Origin: an uncultured delta proteobacterium
GTDB lineage: Bacteria > Desulfobacterota > Syntrophorhabdia > Syntrophorhabdales > WCHB1-27
Length of the DNA stretch: 64,000 nucleotides
Direction of reading: 5' to 3'
Assembly: GCA_963749525.1 (NCBI GenBank)
Contig: CAVVNC010000011.1
Coordinates: forward strand, 5,450 to 69,449
Positions within the stretch are counted from its first letter, which is position 1. Each line of letters starts with the position of its first letter. A program made the translations under genes and the position numbers. Under the pieces are notes generated by a model. That model saw only the letters and a program-made list of their open reading frames with translations, was not told where the DNA came from and made no database searches. Below are positions 1-10,355 of the stretch, piece by piece.

Positions 1-129
1 AATAATCCAAATGGAGTCCCCCCGTCAAGAGTTTCCTTGCGTGGGGGTTTCCTCGGTCGTTCCTAATTTGTCGTGCAGGATATTAGCTCACCCGCGGGTG
101 CGGAGAACGCCGAAGGGGTGAATGGAAGC

Positions 130-762
130 TTAAGGTACCCTTGCGGTCGTGCCTACGCCGTTCGCATCGGGCAGGACGGAGAGATTCTTCTTGTACTCCC
201 TGAGTACCTGTCTGGTGTACGCGGTCTTCGGCTCGGCCGCGTCGGGAGCCCGGGCCTTCACCCTGCTCTCACCGGCGTTGTACGCGTGGAGAGCCGTGGG
301 CAGGCTCTTGAAATCCCCCACAAGCTTCGAGAGATGGTAGACCCCGAGCTTGATGTTCTTGTCCGGCTCATGGAGGCATTGCGAGCCGTTCCATTTCACG
401 CCGGCATCCTTGGCTATGTACCGCGCGAGAGAGGGTTTGATCTGGAAAAGGCCCCTCGCGCCTTTCTCCGACACCACGTCCTGTTTGAAGTTGCTCTCCA
501 CCTTGATGACTGCCAGGGCAAGTCGATAATCCAGATCGCGCTGCTGCGACTCGTCACACACGGTGTGAACCACGGCCTTCAGGCTGTCCTCTTTCATGTC
601 GACGTGCTTGCCTTTGAGGTATGCCACAATCCTGTCGACTACTGCGTTTTTTTCGGATCCGCCGTTCGCCGACGCGCTCTTGAAAGAGAGCCCGGTCAGG
701 GCTGTCCCCAGGAGGAAGATCATGGGAACAGTAAGCATCGTAATCTTGGAGCGTCGCCTCAT
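130..762 (-). CDS. Lytic transglycosylase (SLT domain) with N-terminal signal/anchor
   Basis: AVIKVESNF, GARGLFQI and ALHAYNAG SLT motifs; hydrophobic N-terminus. Confidence 0.9.
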   Translation of the reverse strand: MRRRSKITMLTVPMIFLLGTALTGLSFKSASANGGSEKNAVVDRIVAYLKGKHVDMKEDSLKAVVHTVCDESQQRDLDYRLALAVIKVESNFKQDVVSEKGARGLFQIKPSLARYIAKDAGVKWNGSQCLHEPDKNIKLGVYHLSKLVGDFKSLPTALHAYNAGESRVKARAPDAAEPKTAYTRQVLREYKKNLSVLPDANGVGTTARVP

Positions 763-948
763 AGGACTCCCGGGGAATGATGTATGCGACAGCGGCTAGT
801 GAAGCCGTGCATCAGTTGATTGTTTCTATCAGTCTAAATGAAAGAACGGTGGAGTGCAAGAAAAAAATCTCGGGCTTTGCCGAAAGCCTTCCGGGGAGCC
901 TATCCTCGATCGAAAAGAAATTGGGCCGGTGCGGGGCGAACGGCCATC

Positions 949-1647
949 CTATTCCTCTGAGCCGCCCACTTTTCGCGTCCTCTCCAAGATCGCCTTGAAG
1001 GTTTTTATGTCGTAATTAGCCTGGGTAATGAAATCCTCGTCAGACTCGAAATACCAGACGAGCATAGCCTTCAGTTTCTCCAGCGGATAGAGCTTGACGA
1101 GGTCCCCTGCCATCTTACCTTCTGTTTCATAGTGCAGGGGGGGCTTCTTGTTGAACTTGAGCATGTAGCTCTGACTGTACGCGTCGAGAAACTGCTTCAT
1201 GTCGGAAAAATGGTGTATCTTGGCAGAGCCTGCTCCGCCATCTCCGTCGCCATCCGCGGACCGGTCCTCAGCCGCCTCTTTTTGCTTCTTCTGTTTGGTC
1301 TTCTGCTCTGTCTTGGCGATCTCCTTTTTTTGCTGCGTATACCACTCGGCGGCGAATTCCTTGTAAATGGCCTCGATCGTGATCACCTCTCTCTCTTTCG
1401 CCCCGGCGATAAGCCTCTTTGCGACCGTGTAGAAGGTATAGATCGCCACCTGCATGTCCTGCTCGGTCTCTTTTCCCTGGAGGACTCCGATGTTTCTGAA
1501 CCGGGGTATGTCGACAATGGGATACGTACTGCCGTCAACGTCAAAGAGATAGATGCCGAAGGTCTTCTTCTCGATATCTCCGGCAAGATCAATCCTTTTC
1601 ACGTAATCGAGGTTGACCAGCCCATGATGGTCCGTTTCTATCCACAT
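949..1647 (-). CDS. Hypothetical two-domain protein; C-terminal domain resembles phage replication-protein C-termini
   Basis: Likely start MWIETD at 1647; charged low-complexity linker between two globular parts. Confidence 0.7.
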   Translation of the reverse strand: MWIETDHHGLVNLDYVKRIDLAGDIEKKTFGIYLFDVDGSTYPIVDIPRFRNIGVLQGKETEQDMQVAIYTFYTVAKRLIAGAKEREVITIEAIYKEFAAEWYTQQKKEIAKTEQKTKQKKQKEAAEDRSADGDGDGGAGSAKIHHFSDMKQFLDAYSQSYMLKFNKKPPLHYETEGKMAGDLVKLYPLEKLKAMLVWYFESDEDFITQANYDIKTFKAILERTRKVGGSEE

Positions 1648-2054
1648 AGGTGATTCCTCACTTTTGTTTTCATCGCTGGTCTCCGCAAAGGAGACGCACG
1701 CACCTCTATCAAAGCATTGCAACCGGCGTGCCCTGCACGCCCCCGGCATACAATGTTAGTCTATATAATATTTGTGAAAGCAGTGTCAAGTATGGCCGGT
1801 ACGCCCTGACATGCTTTTTTCACGGGAACGGCTAAAGCTCACGGAGGCCGGTTCGGAAGGTGCCAAGAGGGATCCGTCAGGAGGGAAAAGAATTCCGCCC
1901 TCGAGCCCCTGTGGGCGGACTTGTGGGGCGTACCTCTGTGACGACCTCACCCGCACCCCCTAAAGACCGAAAGGCTTGTGGCCGAAAAGACCCTGACCGC
2001 TTATCTTTGTCTTTAGGGAGCTCGTGTGGAATTCGCGCGGGCACGGGGGACGAA

Positions 2055-2768
2055 ATGAATCTTGCCTGGATACCCAACCTGCTCACCCTCGGCAATCTGA
2101 CCTGCGGATTTGTCTCGCTCATCTTCGCAAGCACGGGCTCCCCCGAAGGATACCGGGTGGGGGCCGTGCTCATCCTGCTCGCGGCCCTGCTGGATGGCTT
2201 CGACGGTCAGGCGGCCCGGTGGCTTCGCGTGGACAGTCCCTTGGGGAAGGAGCTTGACTCCCTGGCGGATAGCGTCGCCTTCGGCGTTGCGCCGGGCTAT
2301 CTCGCCTATAAGACGTACCTTTCGGGGTTAAGCGTTCCCCTTGCCGGAAGGCCGGTCGATCTCGGCATCCTCCTCGCCGCAGTCTTTCCTATCTGCGCCG
2401 CGTACCGGCTTGCCCGTTTCAATGTCCGGCCTTCGCCGCGCTCCTTCGTCGGTCTTCCCTCTCCTGTTGCGGGGATCCTCGTGGGCCTGGGGATCCTCTG
2501 CTTTCCCCACGGAAACATCCCGAGGCCCCTCTTTGCCGTCCTCCTTCCGCTTACCGGTTTTCTCATGGTCTCAACCGTGGGCTACTCCAAGCCCCAATCG
2601 TTCATCCTCAAGAACCTCCACGGCTTCAAGCTGGCGGGTCTCATCATCCTCGTCGCCTTTCTCCTTTTCCTGTTCAGGTTCTGGCTGTTGCTGCTCGCTG
2701 TCTCTGTCTACGTCCTCTCGGGTCTTGTCGGCTACCTCATCCAGCTCATCGAGGAGAGGCGGTTCTAG
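2055..2768 (+). CDS. pssA: CDP-diacylglycerol--serine O-phosphatidyltransferase
   Basis: IPNLLTLGNL start; DGFDGQAAR...GKELDSLAD CDP-alcohol phosphotransferase motif; RLARFN; FVGLPSP. Confidence 0.9.
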   Translation: MNLAWIPNLLTLGNLTCGFVSLIFASTGSPEGYRVGAVLILLAALLDGFDGQAARWLRVDSPLGKELDSLADSVAFGVAPGYLAYKTYLSGLSVPLAGRPVDLGILLAAVFPICAAYRLARFNVRPSPRSFVGLPSPVAGILVGLGILCFPHGNIPRPLFAVLLPLTGFLMVSTVGYSKPQSFILKNLHGFKLAGLIILVAFLLFLFRFWLLLLAVSVYVLSGLVGYLIQLIEERRF

Positions 2769-2829
2769 GGAAGAGCGAGAACCTCAGAACACGCCAAGGG
2801 GCTGACCTTCCCCTTCTTCCCTGCGGACC

Positions 2830-2903
2830 CAGGGCAAGCGTATTTGGAAACTCGACCCTCCATCACCTCCCTATCGAGACTCTTTCCAAATGCGCTTGCC
2901 CTG
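2830..2903. mobile_element. 74-bp MITE-like element, empty form of the nested repeat family
   Basis: 21-bp terminal inverted repeat CAGGGCAAGCGTATTTGGAAA (2830-2850) / TTTCCAAATGCGCTTGCCCTG (2883-2903), 1 mismatch; same ends flank the larger element at 5296-5649. Confidence 0.8.
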
Positions 2904-2954
2904 TTTGCGAACCAATTCAAGCTTGACTTGAGATCATTTACTCTCATAGAGTAG

Positions 2955-3484
2955 GTGAGCGTCGCGAAAAGAGTCCTGCATAAGTTAGCTTCTTGGACGA
3001 ACAAGAGTCGCGGACTTCCGGAGTACGGAAACGGCATCTTCGCGAAGCCGTGGGTCGGCCATCTCATCGATAAAAAGGGGGAAAGATTCGTCTTGAGCGG
3101 CGAAGCCTTTCTCTTCTTCTTCGCCTGTCTGGGCTACGCCTTTGCCGAAGACCTCTTCAGCGGGAGCCTAGCCATTCTTCTCGTCTACCTGTGCTATGTC
3201 GTCGATTTTTCCCTCGATTCCGTGTACATGGCGCGGACCACGTACATGAGGAAAATCGCCCTCAAGCCGGAAGATGTCTCGCTCAGCCTTTCCCTGGGGA
3301 CCAGCCTCGACCATCTCGTTACCATATGGGGGGACTGGTGTGGTATAGGGGCGGCCCTAGAGGGTACAAATACGTCTTTCTGGGGGGCGCACTCATCGCG
3401 GTCCTTAACTTCATTTCTTCCCGTATGATAAGCACCGGGGAGGAAGGGGGAATCCTTACGCAGGAAGGCGCGGTCATGGGCTGA
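2955..3484 (+). pseudogene. C-terminal fragment of an MFS transporter, frameshifted
   Basis: GHLIDKKGER MFS-like loop; SLGTSLDH...GGLVW...GYKYVFLGGALIA continues in a second frame; N-terminal half absent. Confidence 0.65.
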
Positions 3485-3566
3485 CCGGTTGTGGCCCCCG
3501 TCGATTCCTTGGCGTGTCCGCCGCCTGAGCCGTACGTACAAGGAAAAGCTCTTGCTCTAAAAGAGG

Positions 3567-5172
3567 CTACCGGATGCGAATTCTGTAGACTTTGAACCTC
3601 GGGTCCATCCCCACGTATGCGGTTGAGACCGCTCTCGGATGCCTGCGACGGACTTCGTCGACCATGGCCGTGAGAGACGATTCATCGTTGAAGCGATCGA
3701 AAGGGGTGCACAGGACGTAGCGACCCTTATTGGCTTTGAGGGTTCGGAGGAGCTCATCCACTGTGACCGGCTGCGTTGCGACCCCGTAGTAGGGCGAGGC
3801 AGGAGCCACGACCAGGGGCCTGAAGGCACGCCGTCCGGTATAGAGAAAGACCATCGAATCGAAATAGCTGGCAATGATGTCCGTCGGCCGGGTGTGCGAT
3901 TCTATCCAGCCGAAAACATCGGTGAAGCAGGACCAATTAGCCGGACTCTGCCAGTATGAGACCGTCGTGGGATAGTGGGTCTTGTGATTGAAGGAGGCTA
4001 CGGCGCGAGTCTGCCATACGTTTCCCAATATGAGCAGGAGTCGAGGCCGCTGCGACGAGCGCCTTTCTGCCGGTCGAAGGGGGCAGGTTGCGCAAGAGGC
4101 GCCAGGCTTCGCCGAGAAGATAGCAAAGGAGGAACCCGAGCACGGGGACGATGAACCGCAGCGGAGGCCACGGCCAGATCAGCACCACCAGGAGATAGGC
4201 GAATATCGTCCAGGGGAGGATCTCCTTTCTGCGCAAGCCCCGCCAGAGCCCGACGAAAGCAGGGATTCCGGCTAAAGCGATCAAAGGCCAAAGCCGTGGC
4301 TGCCATGAGACGAATCTCGAAAGAGACGTCTCACCGGAGTACACGATGCCATAGGCGAGACTGACCAGATTAAAAAGGATGACCCTCACCTCGACCCGGA
4401 CGCCTACGAAGTCCCTCCACCAATCCCAGTAACTCGTATAATAGTAGACGACAGGGCTCGATTCCTTCGAATGGAGGCTCCAGGCGAACCACGCGGCAAC
4501 TATCAATATTGTGCCGATCCCGACCATCCAGGAAAGGCGGCGGCGGAAAAGAAGGAAGGCGAGGGCCGCAGGTATAAGGACCACCCCTATGGACCTCGTC
4601 AGGAAGGGAAGGACGATGACCATTGTCAACAGCGCTTTGTGGGATACGCGGTTCGAGTCCGATCGGACGAATCGATCCAGCATGAACAGGGCCAGGATGA
4701 GAAAAAAGGCAAAAGGCATTTCCGAAAGAAGGAGGGAGCTGTAGTAGAGCATGTAATGAGAGGTGACGGAGAGCAGGGCTGCCAGCAGAGCGACGGGACG
4801 GCTGAAGTAGCCGCACGTGACAACGTAGTAATAAAAGAGGCCCATAGAGAGGGCCGACATGAGAAGGGTGAGCCACTGCATGGCCAGCACATTGGCCGGA
4901 AAGGCCGGCCAAATCCTCCAGATGATGGAGAGCAGCGTGGGGTAGAGGGGAGGATACTTGGTCTGAGACGGCGTGTCCGGGAGACTGATGAGCCGATAGC
5001 CCTGGTCCGAAGCCAATGATTTGGCTGTGCTCACGTAGATGCCGTCGTCGTGAAAGACCCCGGTCACCAGGGGGACCATGAAGAGACCGCCCGCGACGAG
5101 CGTAACGACCACGAGGGCGGCAGCCGCGAGTATGTCCCTGTTCCGAAGGCAAAAGGCAGATAATCCTGTCAT
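3567..5172 (-). CDS. GT-C fold (ArnT/PMT-like) membrane glycosyltransferase, frameshift near 4030-4050
   Basis: HDDGIY acidic loop after TM1, YPPLYP, LLSEMPF, many TM segments; ORFs 3937-5250 and 3567-4028 overlap in different frames. Confidence 0.7.
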
Positions 5173-5295
5173 GGACGGCGTTAATAGTGCCACAGGTCCA
5201 TCTGAATTGCAACTCTTGAAGGAGCAATGGGAGGGCCAGACGGAACCCACAGTCGGGTATCGGACGAGTCTCTACCCGGGAGAAGGAGTCTGTCG

Positions 5296-5649
5296 TCAGG
5301 CCAAGCCCATTTGGAAAGGGTCTCGGTAAGGCGGGCGGACACGCATTACCTCCTCGTGACTCACCGGCAGTTATTGGGGCTTAAGCGCCCCCTCCGGCAG
5401 CGAAGCTGCCAGAGCCTCCCCCCTCACCCTCGCTTCGCTCGCTGCATCGCTCCTCACATTCCGGCCCTCACTCCCTCCAACCCCCACGCTAAGCTTGCGG
5501 GGGCATTCGTCATTCGTGCCGGAATCGTCGCGAGCTTTTCTTCGCAGTCCTTCCGCAATGCGCGAGTCGGCAATGCGCGTCCGCCCTCTGTCTTGCCCAT
5601 TCGACAGGGAGGTCATGGAGGGTAGGATTTCCAAGTGCGCTTGGCCTGA
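5296..5649. mobile_element. Nested composite repeat: outer 22-bp TIR + alpha core (15-bp IR) + module B
   Basis: TCAGGCCAAGCCCATTTGGAAA / TTTCCAAGTGCGCTTGGCCTGA (2 mismatches); inner GGGCGGACACGCATT (5333) / AATGCGCGTCCGCCC (5586); interior shared with 24778-25030, 30032-30216, 43996-44185, 48547-48733. Confidence 0.85.
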
Positions 5650-5801
5650 ATCTGCCGATACTTAACCTGTTGTCTAAATTTGAAGTAGTGTATGATATTT
5701 GGTACGTTTTTGAATGTTGTGTCCAAGACGACGACTCGGTAAATGGTGTGCCTTGGCGCCGGACAATGGAGCGCCATAGAATCTTATCAAGGAGGCTAAA
5801 A

Positions 5802-6563
5802 ATGGCAGATCTGAAAGGAAAGATCGCGATCGTCACGGGCGCGGGCAGAGGCATTGGGAAAGGGACCGCCCTGGAACTGGCGAAAGAAGGCGTGAAGGTG
5901 GTGCTTGCCGGCATCACGGAGCGCAACATCGGCCTGGTAAAGGAAGAGATCGAGGCGATGGGCGGGGAGGCAATCCCTGTCCAGACGGATATCTCCAAAT
6001 GGGAAGACGCCCAGAGACTGGCGAAAAGAGCGGTGGAGAAATATGGACGGATCGACCTTCTCGTCAATAATGCGGGGATCCACCCGCAGAACGAACAGAA
6101 CCTCCGTTTCGGCACCCTGGAGATAGGGGACGCAGACTGGGACATCGTCATCGACACGAATCTGAAAGGCCCGTTCAACGTCTCGAAAGCCGTCATACCC
6201 TACATGATGGAGCAGCGCTACGGAAGGATCGTGAACGTCAGCTCGAACACGGGCCTCACGGGCCTCGTCGGCTCCGCTCCCTACTGCGCCTCGAAAGCAG
6301 GCATCATGGCGCTCACAAAGGTGCTCGCAGGGGAGTTCGGCCCCTATAACATCACGGTGAACAGCATCGCGCCGGGGCTCACGATGACCGACATGAACGC
6401 CGGCATACCCCAGGATATCATCGACGGATGGGTCACAACCATGCCCTTAAGGAAGGCGGGCACGCCCTTTGACATCGCCCGTGCGATTATCTGCGCCCTC
6501 GGCGGCGACGTATTCTGGACCGGACAGACGCTCGTGGTGGACGGGGGATCCTATATGCACTAG
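5802..6563 (+). CDS. SDR family oxidoreductase (FabG-like)
   Basis: TGAGRGIG, NNAG, YCASK motifs; AAGGAGG RBS. Confidence 0.92.
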   Translation: MADLKGKIAIVTGAGRGIGKGTALELAKEGVKVVLAGITERNIGLVKEEIEAMGGEAIPVQTDISKWEDAQRLAKRAVEKYGRIDLLVNNAGIHPQNEQNLRFGTLEIGDADWDIVIDTNLKGPFNVSKAVIPYMMEQRYGRIVNVSSNTGLTGLVGSAPYCASKAGIMALTKVLAGEFGPYNITVNSIAPGLTMTDMNAGIPQDIIDGWVTTMPLRKAGTPFDIARAIICALGGDVFWTGQTLVVDGGSYMH

Positions 6564-6591
6564 CGCGCAAAGAAGGTGGAACGAGAACGCC

Positions 6592-6614
6592 AAAAAGGCA
6601 GGAGTTCTTCTGCC
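6592..6614 (-). terminator. Possible intrinsic terminator for the minus-strand cluster
   Basis: Minus strand reads GGCAGAAG-AA-CTCCTGCC then TTTTT; stem imperfect. Confidence 0.3.
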
Positions 6615-6936
6615 GCCTTCTACAATCAGGCGTGGAGAAGAGGTGAAGCCGTACCTCCGTAATTGCTCGGAAGCGGTCAAGCGGATAGCCGAAGCACTGG
6701 AAGCTCAGCGCCAGACATGGGCCGTAAGCCAGAGCGCGCTCTTCGCAGCCACGGAAAGTGTCATAGCTGCGCTCCCGAAAAACCTGGGCTACAAGCCCCT
6801 CGCCGAGCAATTTGTGCCCCAGTTCTCCCTGGGGACGGTCTTCTGGGGCCTCACCCGGCCTTAAGAGACCGAAGAGGATAAGACGGGCGAACTGGCAGGC
6901 GTCTCCGGTCATGCCCGTCGGCCGGCACGGTAAGGA

Positions 6937-7614
6937 TCAGGAGGCATACCATCTAGCCAGCCTCTCCGGAGGAACGCCCAGGAGATAGAGCAGCATAATC
7001 GCCCAGTTCCTCGCGGTGCACCGCAGGACCCCCTCCTGTTCCCACCTGCGGGCGGACGTCTTCACTTTCTCATGGATGATGAAGATCCTGTCTCCCCCTG
7101 CTCTTAGGCGCCTCATGAGGTCCACGTCTTCCATGAGGGGTATGTCCCTGTAGCCGCCTATCCGCATGAAGCAGTCCCGCCTGAGGAAGATGGCCTGGTC
7201 GCCGTATGGTATCCTCGTCAACCGGGACCGAAAGGATGCGACACATTCGATGACGCGGAAGATCGGGCCTTTTGCGTCTATGGCCAGATCAAAGGCCCCG
7301 CCCGCGAAGCATCCTTTCAGCATTACCGAGGAGATGGAGCGGAAGGCGTTTGCAGGCAGCTCTGTGTCAGCGTGGAGGAAGACGAGGATGTCCCCTCCTG
7401 CTGCCCGGACCCCCCTGTTCATCTGCCGGCCCCGTCCCGCGTCGGAGGGGACCAGGAGCGCACGATCGGGGGTCACGGCCTTGAGGGTCCCGCCTTGTGG
7501 GTCCCCATCCACCACGACGATTTCGATTGCCCCGTCCATGGCACGGATACGGTCGATCGCGCCATTGATGATCGCCTCTTCGCCGAGCACGGGGATGATG
7601 ACCGATATTCTCAT
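6937..7614 (-). CDS. TIGR04283-type family 2 glycosyltransferase (arsenosugar-cluster associated)
   Basis: ISVIIPV, GRGRQMNRG, FLHADT, YGDQAIF, LMEDV, TSARRW motifs. Confidence 0.9.
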   Translation of the reverse strand: MRISVIIPVLGEEAIINGAIDRIRAMDGAIEIVVVDGDPQGGTLKAVTPDRALLVPSDAGRGRQMNRGVRAAGGDILVFLHADTELPANAFRSISSVMLKGCFAGGAFDLAIDAKGPIFRVIECVASFRSRLTRIPYGDQAIFLRRDCFMRIGGYRDIPLMEDVDLMRRLRAGGDRIFIIHEKVKTSARRWEQEGVLRCTARNWAIMLLYLLGVPPERLARWYAS

Positions 7615-7615
7615 G

Positions 7616-8305
7616 TCACCGACGAAAGCGGCGGCGCAGAAAATCGATTGTCGCCAGAGTCCCGTCCGGGAGATCTCCGTGCGCGTCGAAGAGCGCCAAA
7701 AGGTCCGCGTACTCGTCCACGTCGCGCCAGGGAGGCAGGACGTGAACCCTCAGGCCGTTACCCTTTAGGACATTGAGAGTGCTCCGAAAGACCGATGGGC
7801 CGCCCCACTCCATACCTGAGAAAGGGGCAGGCAGGAAGGCTCCGGAAGAAAAACCTATGAGATAATAGCCGCCGTCAAGGGCTGGGCCTATGACGGCTTC
7901 ATGCTGTCGGAGGCTCTCGAAGGCCTCGTTGAGGAAAGGGACGGGAAGATCAGGGATATCGCTTCCCATGAGAACAGCCTCACGAGCGTCGGAAAAGGCC
8001 GTGCGGAAGGCGCCGCACATCCGCTCCCCGAGATCATGACCCTTCTGCGGCAGGCAGGGGAGCTCTTTGCCAAGCCCGAAGGGAACCTCACGGGAGCGGG
8101 CCTTCGGGAGGAAGAAGACAGTCGTTGGAAAGCCTGCCCGCCTCGCAAGGGAGAGGCTGTCGGCGACGAGGCACCGGTAGAGGGCGAGAGCCGTCTCTTC
8201 CCCGATTGCCCGGGCGAGTCTCGTCTTCACCCTCCCCTTTTCAGGGAGCCTCACGAAAAGGAGGAGTCGTCTTCCGCCACTCGCGCGGACCAATGGACTC
8301 CTCAT
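7616..8305 (-). CDS. TIGR04282-type (CofC-like, DUF2064) glycosyltransferase
   Basis: GRVKTRLA, DLGERM, GSDIPDL, GPALDGGYYLIG, DVDEYADL; ATGA overlap with upstream gene. Confidence 0.9.
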   Translation of the reverse strand: MRSPLVRASGGRRLLLFVRLPEKGRVKTRLARAIGEETALALYRCLVADSLSLARRAGFPTTVFFLPKARSREVPFGLGKELPCLPQKGHDLGERMCGAFRTAFSDAREAVLMGSDIPDLPVPFLNEAFESLRQHEAVIGPALDGGYYLIGFSSGAFLPAPFSGMEWGGPSVFRSTLNVLKGNGLRVHVLPPWRDVDEYADLLALFDAHGDLPDGTLATIDFLRRRFRR

Positions 8306-9264
8306 GCAACCTGACCCTGGCAAGAGCTTCCCGAGCCTGCGGTGCACCCGTAGCAATGATCGCCGATCACGATTTCGCGGCCGACGAGCCTCTCTTTGTC
8401 AAAACCGGAAATATGGTCCGGGAGGCCGTGGTCAATCGGCAGGCCCAGCACCTGGTTAAAGTCGCAGTCGTAGAGCCTCCCGTTCCAGCCCACGGAGACC
8501 ATGGATCTGCACATCAGCCCTTTCAGGCTTTCCGGATTGAAGGCCTTGATGAGGGTCCTCATGTAATCCTCGTAGTTATCCGTTCTTCGCAGGTATTCGA
8601 GATATCTCCCTATGGGCATGTTGTTAATGGAGAAGAGGCGGGTGAACGATACGCCGTACCTCTCGCGAAGGGCGGCCCGATAGCTCGATTGCAGGGCCTT
8701 CTGGGTGCCGGGCAGATAGGCGCCGGCAGGGTTGTGGACGAGCGTCAGGGGAAGGCCTGTACCCTCTATGCCATAGCCCCTCGCGTTAAGCATGCGGATC
8801 GCTTCGATTACCCTATGAAAGACGCCGGTCCCCCGCTGGCGGTCAGTGATCTGCGGATCCACGTGGGGCAGGGAGAGGACGATTTCGGCGCGGCTGCGCA
8901 CATAAAGATCGAGGAGCGGCGCGCAATGTTCATCGAGAAGGAGCACGCCGTTGCTCCTCACGAGCAGCCGGCGATCAAGCCTTGCGCACTCCCCCACGAA
9001 CCAGGAAAACAGGGGATGCAGCTCGGGGCTGCCGCCCGTGATGTCGATGGTCGAGAAGGGAGTGGTTCGGATCACCCTCAGGCATTCCTCCATCACCTCC
9101 CTAGTCATGGCCTCGGACCTCTGCGGGCCTGCCTGGACGTGGCAGTGCCTGCATTCCAGGTTGCATCGGTACCCTATGTTGATTTGGAGGGTCTCGACGC
9201 CTGACGCCCTCAAGGGGGTGGAGACCATCTCTTCGAAGGAAGGGCTGATCTTCGGCATAGCCAT
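8302..9264 (-). CDS. arsS: ArsS-like radical SAM protein (TIGR04167 family, Cys form)
   Basis: CNLECRHCH, DITGGSPE, YDCDFNQ, C-terminal HCYGCTAGSGSSC. Confidence 0.88.
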   Translation of the reverse strand: MAMPKISPSFEEMVSTPLRASGVETLQINIGYRCNLECRHCHVQAGPQRSEAMTREVMEECLRVIRTTPFSTIDITGGSPELHPLFSWFVGECARLDRRLLVRSNGVLLLDEHCAPLLDLYVRSRAEIVLSLPHVDPQITDRQRGTGVFHRVIEAIRMLNARGYGIEGTGLPLTLVHNPAGAYLPGTQKALQSSYRAALRERYGVSFTRLFSINNMPIGRYLEYLRRTDNYEDYMRTLIKAFNPESLKGLMCRSMVSVGWNGRLYDCDFNQVLGLPIDHGLPDHISGFDKERLVGREIVIGDHCYGCTAGSGSSCQGQVA

Positions 9265-9266
9265 TC

Positions 9267-9599
9267 CTACATTTCCTTTTTCTTGATGATTTTCCTCATC
9301 TGAGTAGAATGGGCCAGGACGATGCCGGCCACCATGGCTGCACCCACGTGCACGGCCTCGGTCATTTCTCCGGGAGATATCCCCAGGGAAAGACACTGAT
9401 TGGTGTAGGCATCGATGCAATAGGGACATTTCTGCGTGGTGGCCACGGCGAGCGCGATCAGGGCCTTTTCCCTCTCGGTCAAGCCTCCCTCTTTCATGGC
9501 CTCGCCATAATAGTCGAGATACTTGCTCCCCAGCTCCGGCGCATATTCCCCGATGTTCTCGAAATCATCGAGGTCTTTCTTTTCGTAGTAGTCTCCCAT
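9267..9599 (-). CDS. AhpD/carboxymuconolactone decarboxylase-like protein (TIGR04169 type)
   Basis: REKALIALAVA..QKCPYCIDAY; AAGGAGG RBS 6 nt upstream of 9599. Confidence 0.88.
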   Translation of the reverse strand: MGDYYEKKDLDDFENIGEYAPELGSKYLDYYGEAMKEGGLTEREKALIALAVATTQKCPYCIDAYTNQCLSLGISPGEMTEAVHVGAAMVAGIVLAHSTQMRKIIKKKEM

Positions 9600-9654
9600 C
9601 GCCATCCTCCTTGCACAGATAATAGAAGTATAATTCTTTATGTCGGATCGGGCG

Positions 9655-9750
9655 ACCGCCTGGAGGAATCGCGAGCTATTACTGGGGCTCAGCGCCCCCC
9701 TCCACAGGCAAAGCCTGCAGAGCCTCCCCCTCAATCTCGCTTACGCTCGT
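9655..9750. repeat. Module B palindromic repeat with a short upstream arm
   Basis: GGAATCGCGAGCTATTACTGGGGCTCAGCGCCCC...CAGGCAAAGCCTG...CTCGCTTACGCTCG; matches 24495-24583 and 54860-54945. Confidence 0.8.
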
Positions 9751-10355
9751 CTTTGCCCTCCATGCGCTCGTCCATCCGTGCCCGAAGCATCAGCCTCAGT
9801 TGCTGATACTTCCGGCAGGTACAGAAAAATGCATGTATGATCCCGGGGTATAGGCTCCGGGTAGCCCTTCATACTTTCGGCCCGTATGTGGGCCGGAAGT
9901 ATGAAGGGCGAATGGAAGAACTGCACTACCTCATCTCCTTTGGCCTCCCGTTCAGTTCCTCGATGCATGGTTCCTCAATGAGCGGATCATCGTGGAGGCT
10001 CCGGGGCACCCGTCAGCGGAAGACGAGCGGTGCCGAAGGCACGGGCGACTGATGGCCGGGCTATGTGGTCATGGTAGGGCGCTCTTGTTTGCGGGCTGCC
10101 ACCTGAAGAAACGGAAAGGCATCGGTTCGCAATCGAGCCCGAGCTCGTCTGGAGCTAACGAACGCACAAATGCCGGGGGGCGCAGATCCGCGAATGAGGA
10201 GCCATGCGTCGAGGAACGTCGGTCAGGGAATGGGGAGCGGTACGGTTTTTTTCCGGCAAGGCGATTCACGGGAGGCGATGATGGGACTCCGGCGAAGGTG
10301 AAAAAAGGGCTCTCCGATGTGCTCCCTGAGACTCTAGGGGACGGTGTGCCTCTCC

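Noticed and set aside
1958-2018. Riboswitch upstream of pssA (CCCTAAAGAC/GTCTTTAGGG stem)
   Set aside because: One stem only; no aptamer consensus I can recognise
6469-6864. Small CDS downstream of the SDR
   Set aside because: No recognisable motif and ambiguous start; cannot be supported
8302-8330. Selenocysteine in the ArsS C-terminal motif
   Set aside because: The codon is TGC (Cys); the TGA at 8302-8304 is an ordinary stop overlapping the next ATG
9760-10350. Coding fragments between the ArsS cluster and the kinase
   Set aside because: Short overlapping ORFs without motifs; at most a decayed gene
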